Origin: an uncultured Faecalibacterium sp.
GTDB taxonomy: Bacteria; Bacillota; Clostridia; Oscillospirales; Ruminococcaceae
Assembly: GCA_904394215.1 (NCBI GenBank)
Contig: CAJFNF010000006.1
Location: forward strand, 289-64,288
Direction of reading: 5' to 3'
Length of the DNA: 64,000 nt
In this document: positions 1 through 9,373 of the stretch, piece by piece
Layout of the letters: each line of letters starts with the position of its first letter
Position numbering within the stretch: position 1 is the stretch's first letter
Position numbers and translations under genes: made by a program
Notes under the pieces: generated by a model
The model's database searches: none
What the model saw: the letters and a program-made list of their open reading frames with translations, nothing else
What the model was told of the DNA's origin: nothing

Positions 1-1743
1 GAAGGCATCCAGCTCCATCGTGGTGGTCTCGCCCTTGCGGTTGCGGACCGAGATGTTGCCGGCTTCGGCCTCCTTGGCGCCCAGAACCAGCATATAGGGC
101 ACACGGTCCACCTGCTGGGCCTCGCGGATCTTGTAGCCGATCTTCTGGTTGTCGCTGTCCAGGTAGACCCGGATGCCGGCCTCGGCCAGCTTGTCGGTGA
201 CTTCGGAAGCGTAGTCCAGGGTCTTCTCAGAGACGGGCAGAACCTTGACCTGGGTGGGGGCCAGCCAGGTGGGGAAGCGGCCCTTGGTCTCTTCGATCAG
301 GTAGGCCATGAAGCGGTCGATGGAGCCCAGGATGGCGCGGTGCAGCACCACAGGGGTCTTCTCGGTGCCGTCCCGGTCCACATAGGTCAGGTGGAACTTT
401 GCAGGCAGGCAGAAGTCCAGCTGGCAGGTGGACAGGGTGTACTCGGCGCCCACGGCGGGACGGACGTTGACGTCCAGCTTGGGACCATAGAAGGCAGCCT
501 CGCCGATCTCCTCGGTGAAGTTGATGCCCAGCTCGGTCAGCACCTCGCGGAGGGCGGACTCGGCATGGTTCCACATGGCGTCGTCGTCATGATACTTCTT
601 CTTGTCGTTGGGGTCCCGCAGGGACAGCACGCAGCGGTAGTCGGTGATGTTGAAGTCCTTGTAAACCTCAAAGATCAGGTCGCAGACAGCGGCCACTTCG
701 CTCTTGATCTGCTCGGGCGTCACAAACAGGTGGGCGTCGTTCTGGCAGAAGTGACGGCCGCGCTCGATGCCCTTCAGGGTGCCGCTGGCCTCGTACCGGA
801 AGTCGTGGGCAATCTCGCCGATCCGGATGGGCAGATCGCGGTAGGAATGGGGCCGGTTGGCGTAAATCATCATGTGATGGGGGCAGTTCATGGGACGCAG
901 CACATAGCTCTCGCCCTCCATCTCCATGGCAGGGAACATGTTCTCGCGGTAGTGATCCCAGTGGCCGGAGGTCTTGTACAGGTTGACGGTGCCGACGCAG
1001 GGGGTCATGACGTGCTGATAGCCACGGGCGCGCTCCTTGCCCTTGATATAGTCCTCCAGCTGCTGCCAGACCACATAGCCGTTGGGCAGGAACATGGGCA
1101 GGCCGCGGCCCACCAGGTCGTCGGTCATGAACAGGCCCATCTCCTTGCCGATGCGGCGATGGTCACGGGCGCGGGCCTCTTCCTGCTGCTTCTCCCAGGC
1201 TTCCAGCTCTTCCTGGGTGCGGAAAGCCACGCCGTTGATGCGGGTCAGCATCTTGTTGGCCTTGTCGCCCTTCCAGTAGGCGCCGGACTGCTGGGTGATC
1301 TTGAAAGCCTTCAGGCCCTTGGTATAGGTCAGGTGGGGGCCGACGCACATGTCAATATACTCGCCCTGCTGATAGAAGCTGATGGTGGCGTCCTCGGGCA
1401 GATCGCCGATGTGCTCCACCTTGAACTTCTCCTTGCGGTCCTCCATCAGCTTGATGGCCTCGGGACGGGGCAGGGTGAAAGCCTTGATGGGCAGGTTCTC
1501 CTTGGTGATCTTGTGCATCTCTTTTTCGATGGCAGCCAGATCCTCGTCGGTCAGCTTGACATCGCCCAGATCCACATCATAGTAGAAACCATTCTCGGTG
1601 GCAGGGCCGTAGCCAAAGTCGGCGTCGGGGTACAGACGTTTGATGGCCTGGGCCATGATATGGGCGGCGGTGTGACGCAGAACGTGCAGTTCCTGGTCCT
1701 GGGGGCACTCAGCGACGGTGCCGTCATTGTAGATGATCTTCAT
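1..1743 (-). CDS. thrS: threonyl-tRNA synthetase (3' end lies left of the window)
   Basis: The reverse frame is open from the window edge to ATG at comp. 1741-1743. It is absent from the ORF track because the window start truncates it. Own translation: MKIIYNDGTVAECPQ...HVLRHTAAHIMAQA...RPMNCPHHMMIY...HRAILGSIDRF...PTWLAPTQVKVLPV, typical ThrRS. A T-box leader lies upstream. Confidence 0.95.
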   Translation of the reverse strand, partial: MKIIYNDGTVAECPQDQELHVLRHTAAHIMAQAIKRLYPDADFGYGPATENGFYYDVDLGDVKLTDEDLAAIEKEMHKITKENLPIKAFTLPRPEAIKLMEDRKEKFKVEHIGDLPEDATISFYQQGEYIDMCVGPHLTYTKGLKAFKITQQSGAYWKGDKANKMLTRINGVAFRTQEELEAWEKQQEEARARDHRRIGKEMGLFMTDDLVGRGLPMFLPNGYVVWQQLEDYIKGKERARGYQHVMTPCVGTVNLYKTSGHWDHYRENMFPAMEMEGESYVLRPMNCPHHMMIYANRPHSYRDLPIRIGEIAHDFRYEASGTLKGIERGRHFCQNDAHLFVTPEQIKSEVAAVCDLIFEVYKDFNITDYRCVLSLRDPNDKKKYHDDDAMWNHAESALREVLTELGINFTEEIGEAAFYGPKLDVNVRPAVGAEYTLSTCQLDFCLPAKFHLTYVDRDGTEKTPVVLHRAILGSIDRFMAYLIEETKGRFPTWLAPTQVKVLPVSEKTLDYASEVTDKLAEAGIRVYLDSDNQKIGYKIREAQQVDRVPYMLVLGAKEAEAGNISVRNRKGETTTMELDAF

Positions 1744-1785
1744 CGCAGTAATTCCTTTCTTCCAAATCGGATTGGAAATAAAAAC

Positions 1786-2093
1786 AAAAGGCGCTTCATC
1801 CCGCAGAACGTACACACGGGATGAAGCGCCGGAGAATCTGATTCCGGAAACCGCTCCACGGTTCCACCCGAATTGCGCCGCCCAGGGGGCAGTGCCTCTC
1901 GCTGTGCTGTAACGGGCACACCCGGCAGAGGTTCGCCTCTGCACTCCGCGGTGGTAGGGCACGGGATGGACGCCGGGCTGCTTGCAGCACGCCGCGCTGG
2001 CGGCGGCAGCCTTCTCTGGGGGCGCCATGGTCCGCTCCTGTTTGTCCGCATCCGAGAGGGATCGACCCTCTCACGCTTGGTCAGGATGAAACT
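1786..2093 (-). promoter_or_regulatory. T-box leader (Thr-type, regulates thrS)
   Basis: The minus strand carries the T-box consensus AATTCGGGTGGAACCGTGGAG (comp. 1854-1874). It is followed by the terminator hairpin GGCGCTTCATCCCG/CGGGATGAAGCGCC (1790-1830) and TTTTGTTTTTATTT. The element lies between a promoter and the thrS ATG. The specifier codon was not pinned down. Confidence 0.8.
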
Positions 2094-2099
2094 GAGAAG

Positions 2100-2128
2100 A
2101 TTGTAGCACACCTGCGGCAAAAATGCAA
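2100..2128 (-). promoter_or_regulatory. putative sigma-A promoter of the thrS leader
   Basis: Minus strand reads TTGCAT (comp. 2123-2128), a 17-nt spacer, then TACAAT (comp. 2100-2105). Confidence 0.5.
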
Positions 2129-2310
2129 GCACCCTGACAGCAAAACGGCCCCCGCCCTGTCGGAGGTGGGGGCGGAGGCTGTTTCGCTTTATGCATCTGG
2201 TAAAGGAAAGAAAAAGAAGAAGGAGAACGCCCGCGCATCCAAACCCTTGCGGCGGGGGCCATCCCTCAGAAAGCCCTCTATTCTTCCTGAAAGACTGGAT
2301 GCGCCAAGCG

Positions 2311-2362
2311 GGGGAAAACGAAAGGCGCTGACAGATTTCTCTCTGTCAGCGCCTTTGCTTTC
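2311..2362. terminator. rho-independent terminator (bidirectional shape)
   Basis: Hairpin GGCGCTGACAG/CTGTCAGCGCC (2324-2353) has TTTGCTTTC on the plus strand and TTTCGTTTTCCCC on the minus strand. It lies downstream of the minus-strand gene ending at 2477. Confidence 0.55.
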
Positions 2363-2476
2363 GACGATGTCAGTATAGCGCGGGTTGTGGGAATTGTCAA
2401 GAATTTGATGAGTGTTTTGGAATATTTTACAGGTACGCCGGAAAGAATGAACCGGTTTTTGATGAAATCACAGGTC

Positions 2477-2971
2477 TCACTTGGATTCCGGGTCCGAATC
2501 CTCCGGATCTGCCGGCTTGTTTGCACTGGCGAAGGCCCCGCCTTTCTTGGGCCAGAAGGGACTGGATTCCAGCACAGCCCGCCGCTCGGCGCGGCGTTCG
2601 TCCCGCTTGGCCTCGGCCCGTTCGGCCCGCTCGGACCGCATCTCCACCCGGAGCAGGATGCTCATCAGGGCGCGGGAACCGAAGGTGGCCACCAGCAGCA
2701 GCACTGCATCCAGGCTGGGCAGCAGGATGGTCTTGGAGACCTCGGCCGCCATCAGAAATTCCAGGGCCGTAATCAGGCCGGTGCTCATCTCCAGATGATA
2801 GTCGTAGTCGTCGTGGACCAGCACCACACGGAGATAGTGATAGGTAGTGCGCAGCAGGCTGACCACAATGATGAGCAGGCCGATCAGCTCGGCGATGCCG
2901 GAAATCAGGGGGACGGTGACGGACAGGGCAGTGTTCATCCCGTTGTCCAGTTGTTCAAAAAGATGCAGCAT
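2477..2971 (-). CDS. DUF1622-type small integral membrane protein with charged C-terminal tail
   Basis: 164 aa with hydrophobic helices and an ALEFLMAAEVSKTIL...LLRVE core resembling the DUF1622 family. The C-terminus is Arg/Glu-rich (ERAERAEAKRDERRAERR). This is a family call from memory only. Confidence 0.6.
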   Translation of the reverse strand: MLHLFEQLDNGMNTALSVTVPLISGIAELIGLLIIVVSLLRTTYHYLRVVLVHDDYDYHLEMSTGLITALEFLMAAEVSKTILLPSLDAVLLLVATFGSRALMSILLRVEMRSERAERAEAKRDERRAERRAVLESSPFWPKKGGAFASANKPADPEDSDPESK

Positions 2972-3233
2972 GGGTTACCGGTTATCCTTTCTGGGTGTGG
3001 GCCGCAGGCGCCGGAGGCTGTCCCTGGGCGGAAAAACGAAAAAAGGCGAATAACTTTATTATACCGGACGGTTGGGAGAGGCCGCAAGACACAGGCAGGA
3101 AAAGGATAGATGAAATCCTGTGCAGCCAAAGCTGAAAAAGTTGCAACGGTTTCGCCTGTGGGGATAAAAGAAAAATGCTGCCGGCCCGGCAGATAAAAAA
3201 AGAACGTAACAAATGAAAAATCCTGGGCTTTGA

Positions 3234-3262
3234 TTGACACTGAACAGGCCGTATGATAGAAT
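3234..3262 (+). promoter_or_regulatory. putative sigma-A promoter
   Basis: TTGACA (3234-3239), a 17-nt spacer, then TAGAAT (3257-3262), about 90 nt upstream of the 3352 ATG. Confidence 0.6.
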
Positions 3263-3351
3263 CGAAACGACATCACAATCATGCCGCGGCAGCTTTTTTG
3301 GGGCTGTAAGGCCGGTGTATCACCCATCAAAATGTTAAAGGAGGACATCCT

Positions 3352-4044
3352 ATGTCTTGCATAATCTCCCGCAGAAACTTTATGAGAGGTGCCGGCGTAG
3401 GCGCTCTGGTCCTGGCCACTGGCAGCCTGCTGGGCGGCTGCACCAAGTTCGACGCCGAATACGGCCTGGGGCAGAAGGCCAGCTGGACCGATTCCAAAGG
3501 CGGGACGCTGACCATGCTGATGACCGAGGCCTGGGAAGTCACTGCCAACCAGCATGCAGACTTTGCTGAGAACTACCAGCTGAAGGTGAACAAAACCCAG
3601 CGGTATATTTATTTCCGGATGGAGGTCAACAACAATACGGCCCAGCCCATTGAGCTGTACCACAGACGGTTTGGCATTGACTGGTTCGACCCCGAGTACA
3701 ACGACGAGCAGGTCCGCAAGGCCTTCTATACCTGGGAAAAGGGAAACGGGGAGGACGGCACCCTGCCCACCTACCCCAACGCCAACAAGGTGGTTCAGGT
3801 CCCGACCACCCTGTGGGCCTACAACAACGGCACAAACCTGAACAGCAGCTCCTTCGGGATCGTGTGCTACACCGGCACCGCCGGCCAGCCCCGCCAGGAA
3901 AATACATACGGGAGCATCCCCACCGGACTTTCCTATCTGGACTGCATTGGCCAGATCACCGAGAACATGCAGACCTTCCGTCTGGTCTACCGGACGGCGG
4001 GCAAAGAAGTGAATTTTGTGCTCCGCCCCAGCGATCTGGGCTGA
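3352..4044 (+). CDS. Tat-signal lipoprotein of unknown function
   Basis: RBS AAAGGAGG lies 7 nt upstream. The N-terminus MSCIISRRNFMRGAGVGALVLATGSLLGGC has a twin-arginine motif plus a lipobox. I recognise no family. Confidence 0.7.
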   Translation: MSCIISRRNFMRGAGVGALVLATGSLLGGCTKFDAEYGLGQKASWTDSKGGTLTMLMTEAWEVTANQHADFAENYQLKVNKTQRYIYFRMEVNNNTAQPIELYHRRFGIDWFDPEYNDEQVRKAFYTWEKGNGEDGTLPTYPNANKVVQVPTTLWAYNNGTNLNSSSFGIVCYTGTAGQPRQENTYGSIPTGLSYLDCIGQITENMQTFRLVYRTAGKEVNFVLRPSDLG

Positions 4045-4057
4045 GCGCCTGACCAAA

Positions 4058-4100
4058 CCAAAAGCTGCCGCCCGGCCAGAAACCGGGCGGCAGCTTTTTA
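4058..4100. terminator. bidirectional rho-independent terminator
   Basis: Hairpin AGCTGCCGCCCGG/CCGGGCGGCAGCT (4063-4095) is flanked by T-runs on both strands and sits between convergent genes. Confidence 0.8.
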
Positions 4101-5159
4101 TGGTTTGGAAGGTTTGGAGCCGTCATCGTCTTTCCGATGGAGCAGCTCCCGGAGAGCGTCCAGGGAGAGGCGGCGGCTGCCATGGCGCAGACGGGGAAAG
4201 GCGTTGATCAGGCGGCCGGCCCCCAGAAAGGCGGTGTGCTGGAACTGGGCCCGCATCTGGGCCTGCATCTCTTCAGAGCGGGCCTCCAGCTCAGCCCGCA
4301 GCCGCTCCAGACGGAGCAGCTCGGAAGCCCGGTCCATCTTGTCGGCAGCTGCCAGGCGGGCGGCTTCGGCGGCCTCGGCGGCATTCAGGCGGGCAGCCTC
4401 GCCGGCCCGGCGGGCGGCGTCCATGGCCTCGGCGGCCTTGGCCCGGGCGGCACGGGTGGCCCGGCGCATCTCACGGCGGGACAGCCGCTGGCTCAGCTCG
4501 GCGCCGGCCAGCTTGAGCTGCAGCCGGCTTTCGTCCAGCTTCTGGTCGGCGTCCAGGGCAGTGGAGCCGATGAGGCTGGTCATGGCGTCGCTGACGGCGT
4601 GGATGCCGTCGGAGATCTGTTCCAGGGCGTCCAGCTCGGCGGTGAGGCCCGCCGCTGTGATGGTGGTGACCACCAGGTCGGCGGCGTACACCAGATAGCA
4701 GAGGGCCAGGATTAGCCAGCCTGCGGTGGGGGGGATAGCGCTCACCAGCAGGGCCACTGCAGGGTGGACCAGCTTCATCATGACCATCGATCCGATGCCC
4801 CAGTAAATGCAGAATTCCAGGCAGATATAGCCCCCCAGGTTGAAGGGCTTGTCGGTGTAGTCCCACCAGCGGGTGCGGTAGATCTTGTACAGGATCCAGC
4901 CGCCCACCAGTTCGATGGCGCTGGGAATCACCATGCCCCAGAAAAACAGAAGCAGGTACCGGTGCACCAGGGGGGTCAGGAAAAACAGCAGGGCCAGCAT
5001 CCCGAAGCCGTAGATGGGGCAGACCGGGCCGTTGAGAAAGCCCCGGTTGACCAGTTTGCCCAGGGTGATGGCGGCATAGGCCACCTCACAGCACCATCCC
5101 AGAAAGGAATAGATCAGAAAATAAAACGCGATCTGATAAAAGGTGAATCCAAACAGCAT
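4098..5159 (-). CDS. membrane protein of the 'putative ABC-transporter type IV' (DUF1113-like) family with a long coiled-coil tail
   Basis: The N-terminal sequence FLIYSFLGWCCEVAYAAI...VNRGFLNGPVCPIYGFG is typical of that family. The C-terminal ~170 aa are Ala/Arg/Glu-rich heptad-like sequence. ATG at 5159 is preceded by ACGGAGG. An alternative GTG at 5180 would overlap the trmB stop. Confidence 0.75.
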   Translation of the reverse strand: MLFGFTFYQIAFYFLIYSFLGWCCEVAYAAITLGKLVNRGFLNGPVCPIYGFGMLALLFFLTPLVHRYLLLFFWGMVIPSAIELVGGWILYKIYRTRWWDYTDKPFNLGGYICLEFCIYWGIGSMVMMKLVHPAVALLVSAIPPTAGWLILALCYLVYAADLVVTTITAAGLTAELDALEQISDGIHAVSDAMTSLIGSTALDADQKLDESRLQLKLAGAELSQRLSRREMRRATRAARAKAAEAMDAARRAGEAARLNAAEAAEAARLAAADKMDRASELLRLERLRAELEARSEEMQAQMRAQFQHTAFLGAGRLINAFPRLRHGSRRLSLDALRELLHRKDDDGSKPSKP

Positions 5160-5176
5160 GAACGCCTCCGTGCCGG

Positions 5177-5935
5177 TCACAGGACAGGCGCAGAGGCCTC
5201 GCCGGTGCCGTTGTCCTCGGGGTCCTGGCCGCCCCGGCGTTTGGGCTCTACCCAGGTGATACTGTCATCCCCGGGCTTCTTGCGGGCAATCAGGGCCTTG
5301 ATGTTGATCCCCATTTCGGTGAACATCCCCTCGTGCTCGGTGCGGATGTTCCAGGCAGGCTCGTTCTCGTGGAGGTTATAGGTCTGCCAGGTGATCTCGT
5401 ATCCCGCCGCAGGGAAATATTCCAGACTGTCCCGGAACAGGTCGTCGTCGTCGGTCTTAAAATAGATTTCCCCGCCGTCCACCAGAAAATCCCGGTACTG
5501 GATCAGCTGCCGGGGGTGGGTCAGCCGGTGCTTGTTGGAGGAAGCGTTTTTGCTCCAGGGATTGCAGAAGTTGATGTAAATCCGGCTGACGGTGTCCTGG
5601 GGGGTGAACAGATTGCGGATCCGCTCGATGTCGGCGCTCATAATCCGCACGTTGTCAATGGGCTGGCCTGCGGCGGCATAGGATGCCTCGATTTTCCGCT
5701 TGGCCAGAATCAGCACCTTGTCGGTGATGTCGATGCCCAGGTAGTTGTTTTCAGGGTGGGCAACGGCCAGCTGGGAAATGAAGCCGCCCTTGCCGCAGCC
5801 CAGCTCCAGCACCAGAGGCTGCTGGGGACGGGCAAACTGGTTGTGCCACTGTCCCTGCAGGTGGAAGGGGTCGTGGATGTGGAAGTAGGCGGCGAGCAGC
5901 TCGGCCCGCGCGTAGGGCTTGAAACGCATGCGCAT
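5177..5935 (-). CDS. trmB: tRNA (guanine46-N7)-methyltransferase
   Basis: Contains the SAM motif LELGCGKGGF plus NFCNPWSK...HRLTHP. RBS AAGGAG lies 8 nt upstream of the ATG. Confidence 0.9.
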   Translation of the reverse strand: MRMRFKPYARAELLAAYFHIHDPFHLQGQWHNQFARPQQPLVLELGCGKGGFISQLAVAHPENNYLGIDITDKVLILAKRKIEASYAAAGQPIDNVRIMSADIERIRNLFTPQDTVSRIYINFCNPWSKNASSNKHRLTHPRQLIQYRDFLVDGGEIYFKTDDDDLFRDSLEYFPAAGYEITWQTYNLHENEPAWNIRTEHEGMFTEMGINIKALIARKKPGDDSITWVEPKRRGGQDPEDNGTGEASAPVL

Positions 5936-5968
5936 GGAATATACTCCTTGTTTTATAATATGCTTGTT

Positions 5969-7156
5969 TTACGAATGGGCTGCATCCCGCAGGAAGGCTT
6001 CCACCGTCTGGGGATCTGCGGCGCAGCTGCCCTGGCAGATGCCGGGCTTGCCGCCGCCCCGGCCGCTGCAGGCGGCGTTGAGGGCCTTGGTCAGGGGACG
6101 GACATCCCCGTCCCGGCGGGCCAGGCAGTAGCCGCAGCCCTTGTCGGTGGGGGTCAGGGCGGCGCACAGGCCGTCGGTGGCCTCGCTGAGCCGCACTGCC
6201 AGCCGGTGGAGGCCGTCGGGGTCCAGCCCCGGCACCAGCCGGATGGCGTCCTCGTGGGGGCCTACTGCCCCGGCCAGGGCTTCAAAGAGCTGGCCGCACA
6301 GGCCGTACTGGGCAAACTTGAGGGCGGTGAGTTCCTCGTGAACCCGGTGGACGGCGTTGGCGGTCTCGGTGGGCTTGGCGCTGAGCTCGGCCACAATGGC
6401 GCTCTGACGCTCCTGCATGGCCTGGACCTCGGCCAGGGCCCGGCCGCCGCAGACCACCGCCAGCCGCATCCCGCCCTTGTAGTGCTCGGCCGAGAGGATC
6501 TTGATCAGACCCACCTGGCCGGTGGTGGCGGTATGGGTGCCGCAGCAGGCACAGATGTCGGCCCCGGGGATGGTGACAATCCGCACCTGGCCCTCGATCT
6601 CCTTTTTGCTGCGGTAGGTCATGTGGGCCAGCTCTTCCCGGCTGGGGTAGGTGATCTGGACCGGCAGGTCCTGCCAGACAAAGCGGTTGGCTTCCAGCTC
6701 GGCCTGTTTGAGGCCCTCGGGGCTGATAGGGACGCTGGTGTCCATCCGCACTGACTCGCTGCCAATGTGGAAGCCCACATTCTCGGCCCCGAACAGCCGG
6801 TGGAGGGTGCCGGACAGGATGTGCTCGCCGGTGTGCTGCTGCATCTTGTCAAACCGCCATGCCCAGTCGATCTGCTGGTGGACGGGGGTGCCCTCTTTGG
6901 CCTCGGGGACCAGGGCCTCCACCGTGTGCCAGATGATGCCCTCTTTTTCGTGGACGTCGGTGACGTGCAGCACCTGCCCGTCGGGCAGGGTCAGGGTGCC
7001 CCGGTCAGCGGGCTGGCCGCCCCCCTCGGGATAAAATACGGTGCCGGTCATGGCGACCCGGCCGCCGCCCCCTTCCAGGGGCTGGACGGCCGCAATTAAG
7101 GCAGGCGCCTCGGTGCGGTAGGTGTCCGCCTGGTAAAAACGTTCAGTTGGAAACAT
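5969..7156 (-). CDS. AlaX-L type alanyl-tRNA editing protein (tRNA_SAD plus DHHA1-like C-terminus)
   Basis: Zinc/editing motifs HTGEHIL and CACCGTH are present. The product starts MFPTERFYQADTY at the internal ATG 7156. The longer 458-aa ORF extends into the repeat region and is unlikely to be real. Confidence 0.85.
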   Translation of the reverse strand: MFPTERFYQADTYRTEAPALIAAVQPLEGGGGRVAMTGTVFYPEGGGQPADRGTLTLPDGQVLHVTDVHEKEGIIWHTVEALVPEAKEGTPVHQQIDWAWRFDKMQQHTGEHILSGTLHRLFGAENVGFHIGSESVRMDTSVPISPEGLKQAELEANRFVWQDLPVQITYPSREELAHMTYRSKKEIEGQVRIVTIPGADICACCGTHTATTGQVGLIKILSAEHYKGGMRLAVVCGGRALAEVQAMQERQSAIVAELSAKPTETANAVHRVHEELTALKFAQYGLCGQLFEALAGAVGPHEDAIRLVPGLDPDGLHRLAVRLSEATDGLCAALTPTDKGCGYCLARRDGDVRPLTKALNAACSGRGGGKPGICQGSCAADPQTVEAFLRDAAHS

Positions 7157-7225
7157 ATCTTGAAATCCTCTCCAGCCCCATCCGGGGCCCGCAAAATCGG
7201 CTGTGAAACCAGCTTTGGGGCCGTG

Positions 7226-7472
7226 GCGCCGATGCCCGCCCAGGCGGGCAAACACCAATCCGCACAGAGTGCGGGCAACTGTCCCAACAACCTTATACGA
7301 AGTTGTCATGCCAATGTCTGCCAAAGCGGGCAAAGACCAATCCACGCGAAGCGTGCACTACTGGCCAAATAACCTCATACAAGGTTATTATGCCAATGTC
7401 TGCTAAAGCAGGCAAAAAATCAATCCACGCGGAGCGTGCACAGCTGGCCAAATAGCTCCACGTGGAGCTATT
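7226..7472. repeat. three tandem ~82-nt intergenic repeat units (7226-7307, 7308-7389, 7390-7472)
   Basis: Direct alignment of the units, for example ATGCCAATGTCTGCCAAAGCGGGCAAAGACCAATCCACGCGAAGCGTGCAC... against ATGCCAATGTCTGCTAAAGCAGGCAAAAAATCAATCCACGCGGAGCGTGCAC.... Each unit holds three hairpins. Confidence 0.85.
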
Positions 7473-7580
7473 ATACCACGATTTTTCCCTGTGGAAAATA
7501 CTTACCGGTTGTGATATCATAAAATAGACAGGGCCGCCCGGCGGATGGCGGCACCTTTGAATCAAGAGAGGAACGGAAAC

Positions 7581-9146
7581 ATGCGTGAAAGTGGAATTTT
7601 GATGCCTGTATCCAGCCTGCCGGGCCCCTATGGGATCGGCTGCTTCGGCGCGGAGGCTGTGAAATTTGTGGACTTCCTCGCGGCAGCAGGCCAGCGCATC
7701 TGGCAGATTCTGCCCCTCAGCCCCACCGGCTACGGCGACAGCCCCTACCAGAGCTGCTCGGCCTTTGCCGGCAACCCCTATTTCATCGACCTGGAAGCCC
7801 TGCAGGAGGAGGGCCTGCTGAGCAAGGACCAGCTGGAGGAAGCGGACTTCGGCGAAGACCCCTGTGTGGTGGACTACGGCGCTTTGTACAACACCCGGTA
7901 TGAGCTGCTGCGGGAGGCCTATGCCGCCTGGCGGGCCGGGTGCGTGGGGGTCCACGGCTGCAGCGTCTATTATCCCGACGACTACTATGCCTTCACCCTG
8001 ACCCATGAGGACTGGCTGGAGGATTACGCCCTCTATATGGCCCTGAAGGTGGGCCACGAAATGAAGCCCTGGACCCAGTGGCCTGAAGAATACCGGCTGC
8101 GGGACAAGGCCGCCCTGGAGCGCTACGCCGCCGAACACCAGGAAGAGGTGGGCTTCTGGAAATTCCTGCAGTACAAGTTCAGCCAGCAGTGGAGCAAACT
8201 GAAAGCCTATGCCAACGCCAAGGGCATCCAGATTCTGGGGGATATGCCCATCTATGTGTCGGCGGATTCGGTGGATGCATGGTCGGGCGGCAGCCTCTTC
8301 GAGCTGGATGGGGAAGGCAAGTTTGCCCGGGTGGCAGGATGCCCGCCCGATTACTTCTCGGCGGACGGCCAGCTGTGGGGCAACCCGCTGTATGACTGGG
8401 ACTACCACCGGAAAACCGGCTTCGCCTGGTGGATCAAGCGGGTCCGGTATGCGGCCTCCATCTATGACCTGGTGCGGATCGACCATTTCCGGGGCTTTGA
8501 TACATACTGGGCCATCCCGGCGGCCAGCCCCACCGCCAAGACCGGCAGGTGGGAACAGGGCCCCGGCATGGAGCTGTTCCGCGCCCTGGAGGAGGCCCTG
8601 GGCAAGCTGCCCATCATCGCCGAGGACCTGGGGGACCTGACCGACAGCGTCCGACAGCTGCTGGCCGACAGCGGCTTCCCCGGCATGAAGGTATTGCAGT
8701 TCGCCTTCGGCGGCGGGGACAACGAGTACCTGCCCTACAACCACATCAAGAACTGCGTGGTGTATCCCGGCACCCACGACAACACCACCCTCAACGACTG
8801 GTGGGAGACAACGGCCACAAAGAAGGAAAAGATGAATGCGGCCGCCTACCTCCACATGACCGCAAGCGTCAAGCCCACCGCCGCCCAGGTGGCGGCGGTC
8901 AAGCCGGACCAGGCCCGGCTGGCTTTGATCCGGGCAGCCCTCAGCTCCCCGGCGGACCGGGCCATCATCCCGCTGTACGACTGGCTGGGCCTGGGGGCCG
9001 AGGCCCATCTGAACACCCCCGGCCGCCTGGGCGGCAACTGGGCATGGCGGGCCGAGGAAGGCTTTGCCACGGCGGCGCTGGCAAAACAAATCCGCCAGGA
9101 GTGTGAGGTAAGCTGCCGCACCCGGGACAATCTTTTGGCAGAATGA
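7581..9146 (+). CDS. malQ: 4-alpha-glucanotransferase (amylomaltase, GH77)
   Basis: MRESGILMPVSSLPGPYGIG...SPYQSCSAFAGNPYFID...RIDHFRGF...IIAEDLG...YPGTHDN. RBS AGAGAGGA lies upstream of the ATG at 7581. Confidence 0.92.
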   Translation: MRESGILMPVSSLPGPYGIGCFGAEAVKFVDFLAAAGQRIWQILPLSPTGYGDSPYQSCSAFAGNPYFIDLEALQEEGLLSKDQLEEADFGEDPCVVDYGALYNTRYELLREAYAAWRAGCVGVHGCSVYYPDDYYAFTLTHEDWLEDYALYMALKVGHEMKPWTQWPEEYRLRDKAALERYAAEHQEEVGFWKFLQYKFSQQWSKLKAYANAKGIQILGDMPIYVSADSVDAWSGGSLFELDGEGKFARVAGCPPDYFSADGQLWGNPLYDWDYHRKTGFAWWIKRVRYAASIYDLVRIDHFRGFDTYWAIPAASPTAKTGRWEQGPGMELFRALEEALGKLPIIAEDLGDLTDSVRQLLADSGFPGMKVLQFAFGGGDNEYLPYNHIKNCVVYPGTHDNTTLNDWWETTATKKEKMNAAAYLHMTASVKPTAAQVAAVKPDQARLALIRAALSSPADRAIIPLYDWLGLGAEAHLNTPGRLGGNWAWRAEEGFATAALAKQIRQECEVSCRTRDNLLAE

Positions 9147-9373
9147 CAAAATTTCGGCTTCTGAAGCGAAAAGTTACGCCCTCTTCTGGAAAAAAGACGT
9201 AGATCGTGATATAATTTAATTGGTTCTGGTTATTCAGACAAGCTGACGGGCAATTGGGCCCGTCTGAGGGAAGAGAGGGCCTCCCCGGCAGGAGACCGGA
9301 GAAGCTGGAAGCGCAAACGCCTTTTGAGGCTGCCCGGATGGAGAAGGTCCGGTGCACAGCGGGGGAAACGATA

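Noticed and set aside
340-1824. 494-aa plus-strand ORF
   Set aside because: It lies exactly antisense to thrS. Its composition (G/L/V/A/H/Q-rich, no motifs) is typical of a high-GC shadow frame, whereas the opposite strand gives an unmistakable ThrRS.
7160-7406. 70-aa and 67-aa plus-strand ORFs with repeated peptide segments (…MPMSAKAGK…NNLIQGYYANV…)
   Set aside because: They derive from the tandem 82/83-nt units, whose period is not a multiple of three. Successive units therefore fall in different frames. There is no RBS, and the sequence pattern fits hairpin conservation instead.
7293-9149. 618-aa minus-strand ORF
   Set aside because: Antisense shadow of malQ, with no RBS and no recognisable domain. 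The same reasoning applies to other long antisense ORFs, for example 2935-4056(-), 5333-6754(+), 9230-10444(-), 11389-12600(+), 17684-19546(-), 20945-22813(-), 23319-24953(+), 35391-37451(-), 39472-41463(+), 44488-46020(-), 52689-54326(-), 57309-59324(-) and 61901-63487(+).
9221-9373. ~150-nt 5' UTR of the GGDEF gene considered as a c-di-GMP riboswitch
   Set aside because: Only loose resemblances exist (GGGCAA..., GCGCAAACGCC). I could not reconstruct the paired GNRA-tetraloop/receptor architecture of GEMM-I or the class II pseudoknot. A covariance-model scan would be needed to call it.
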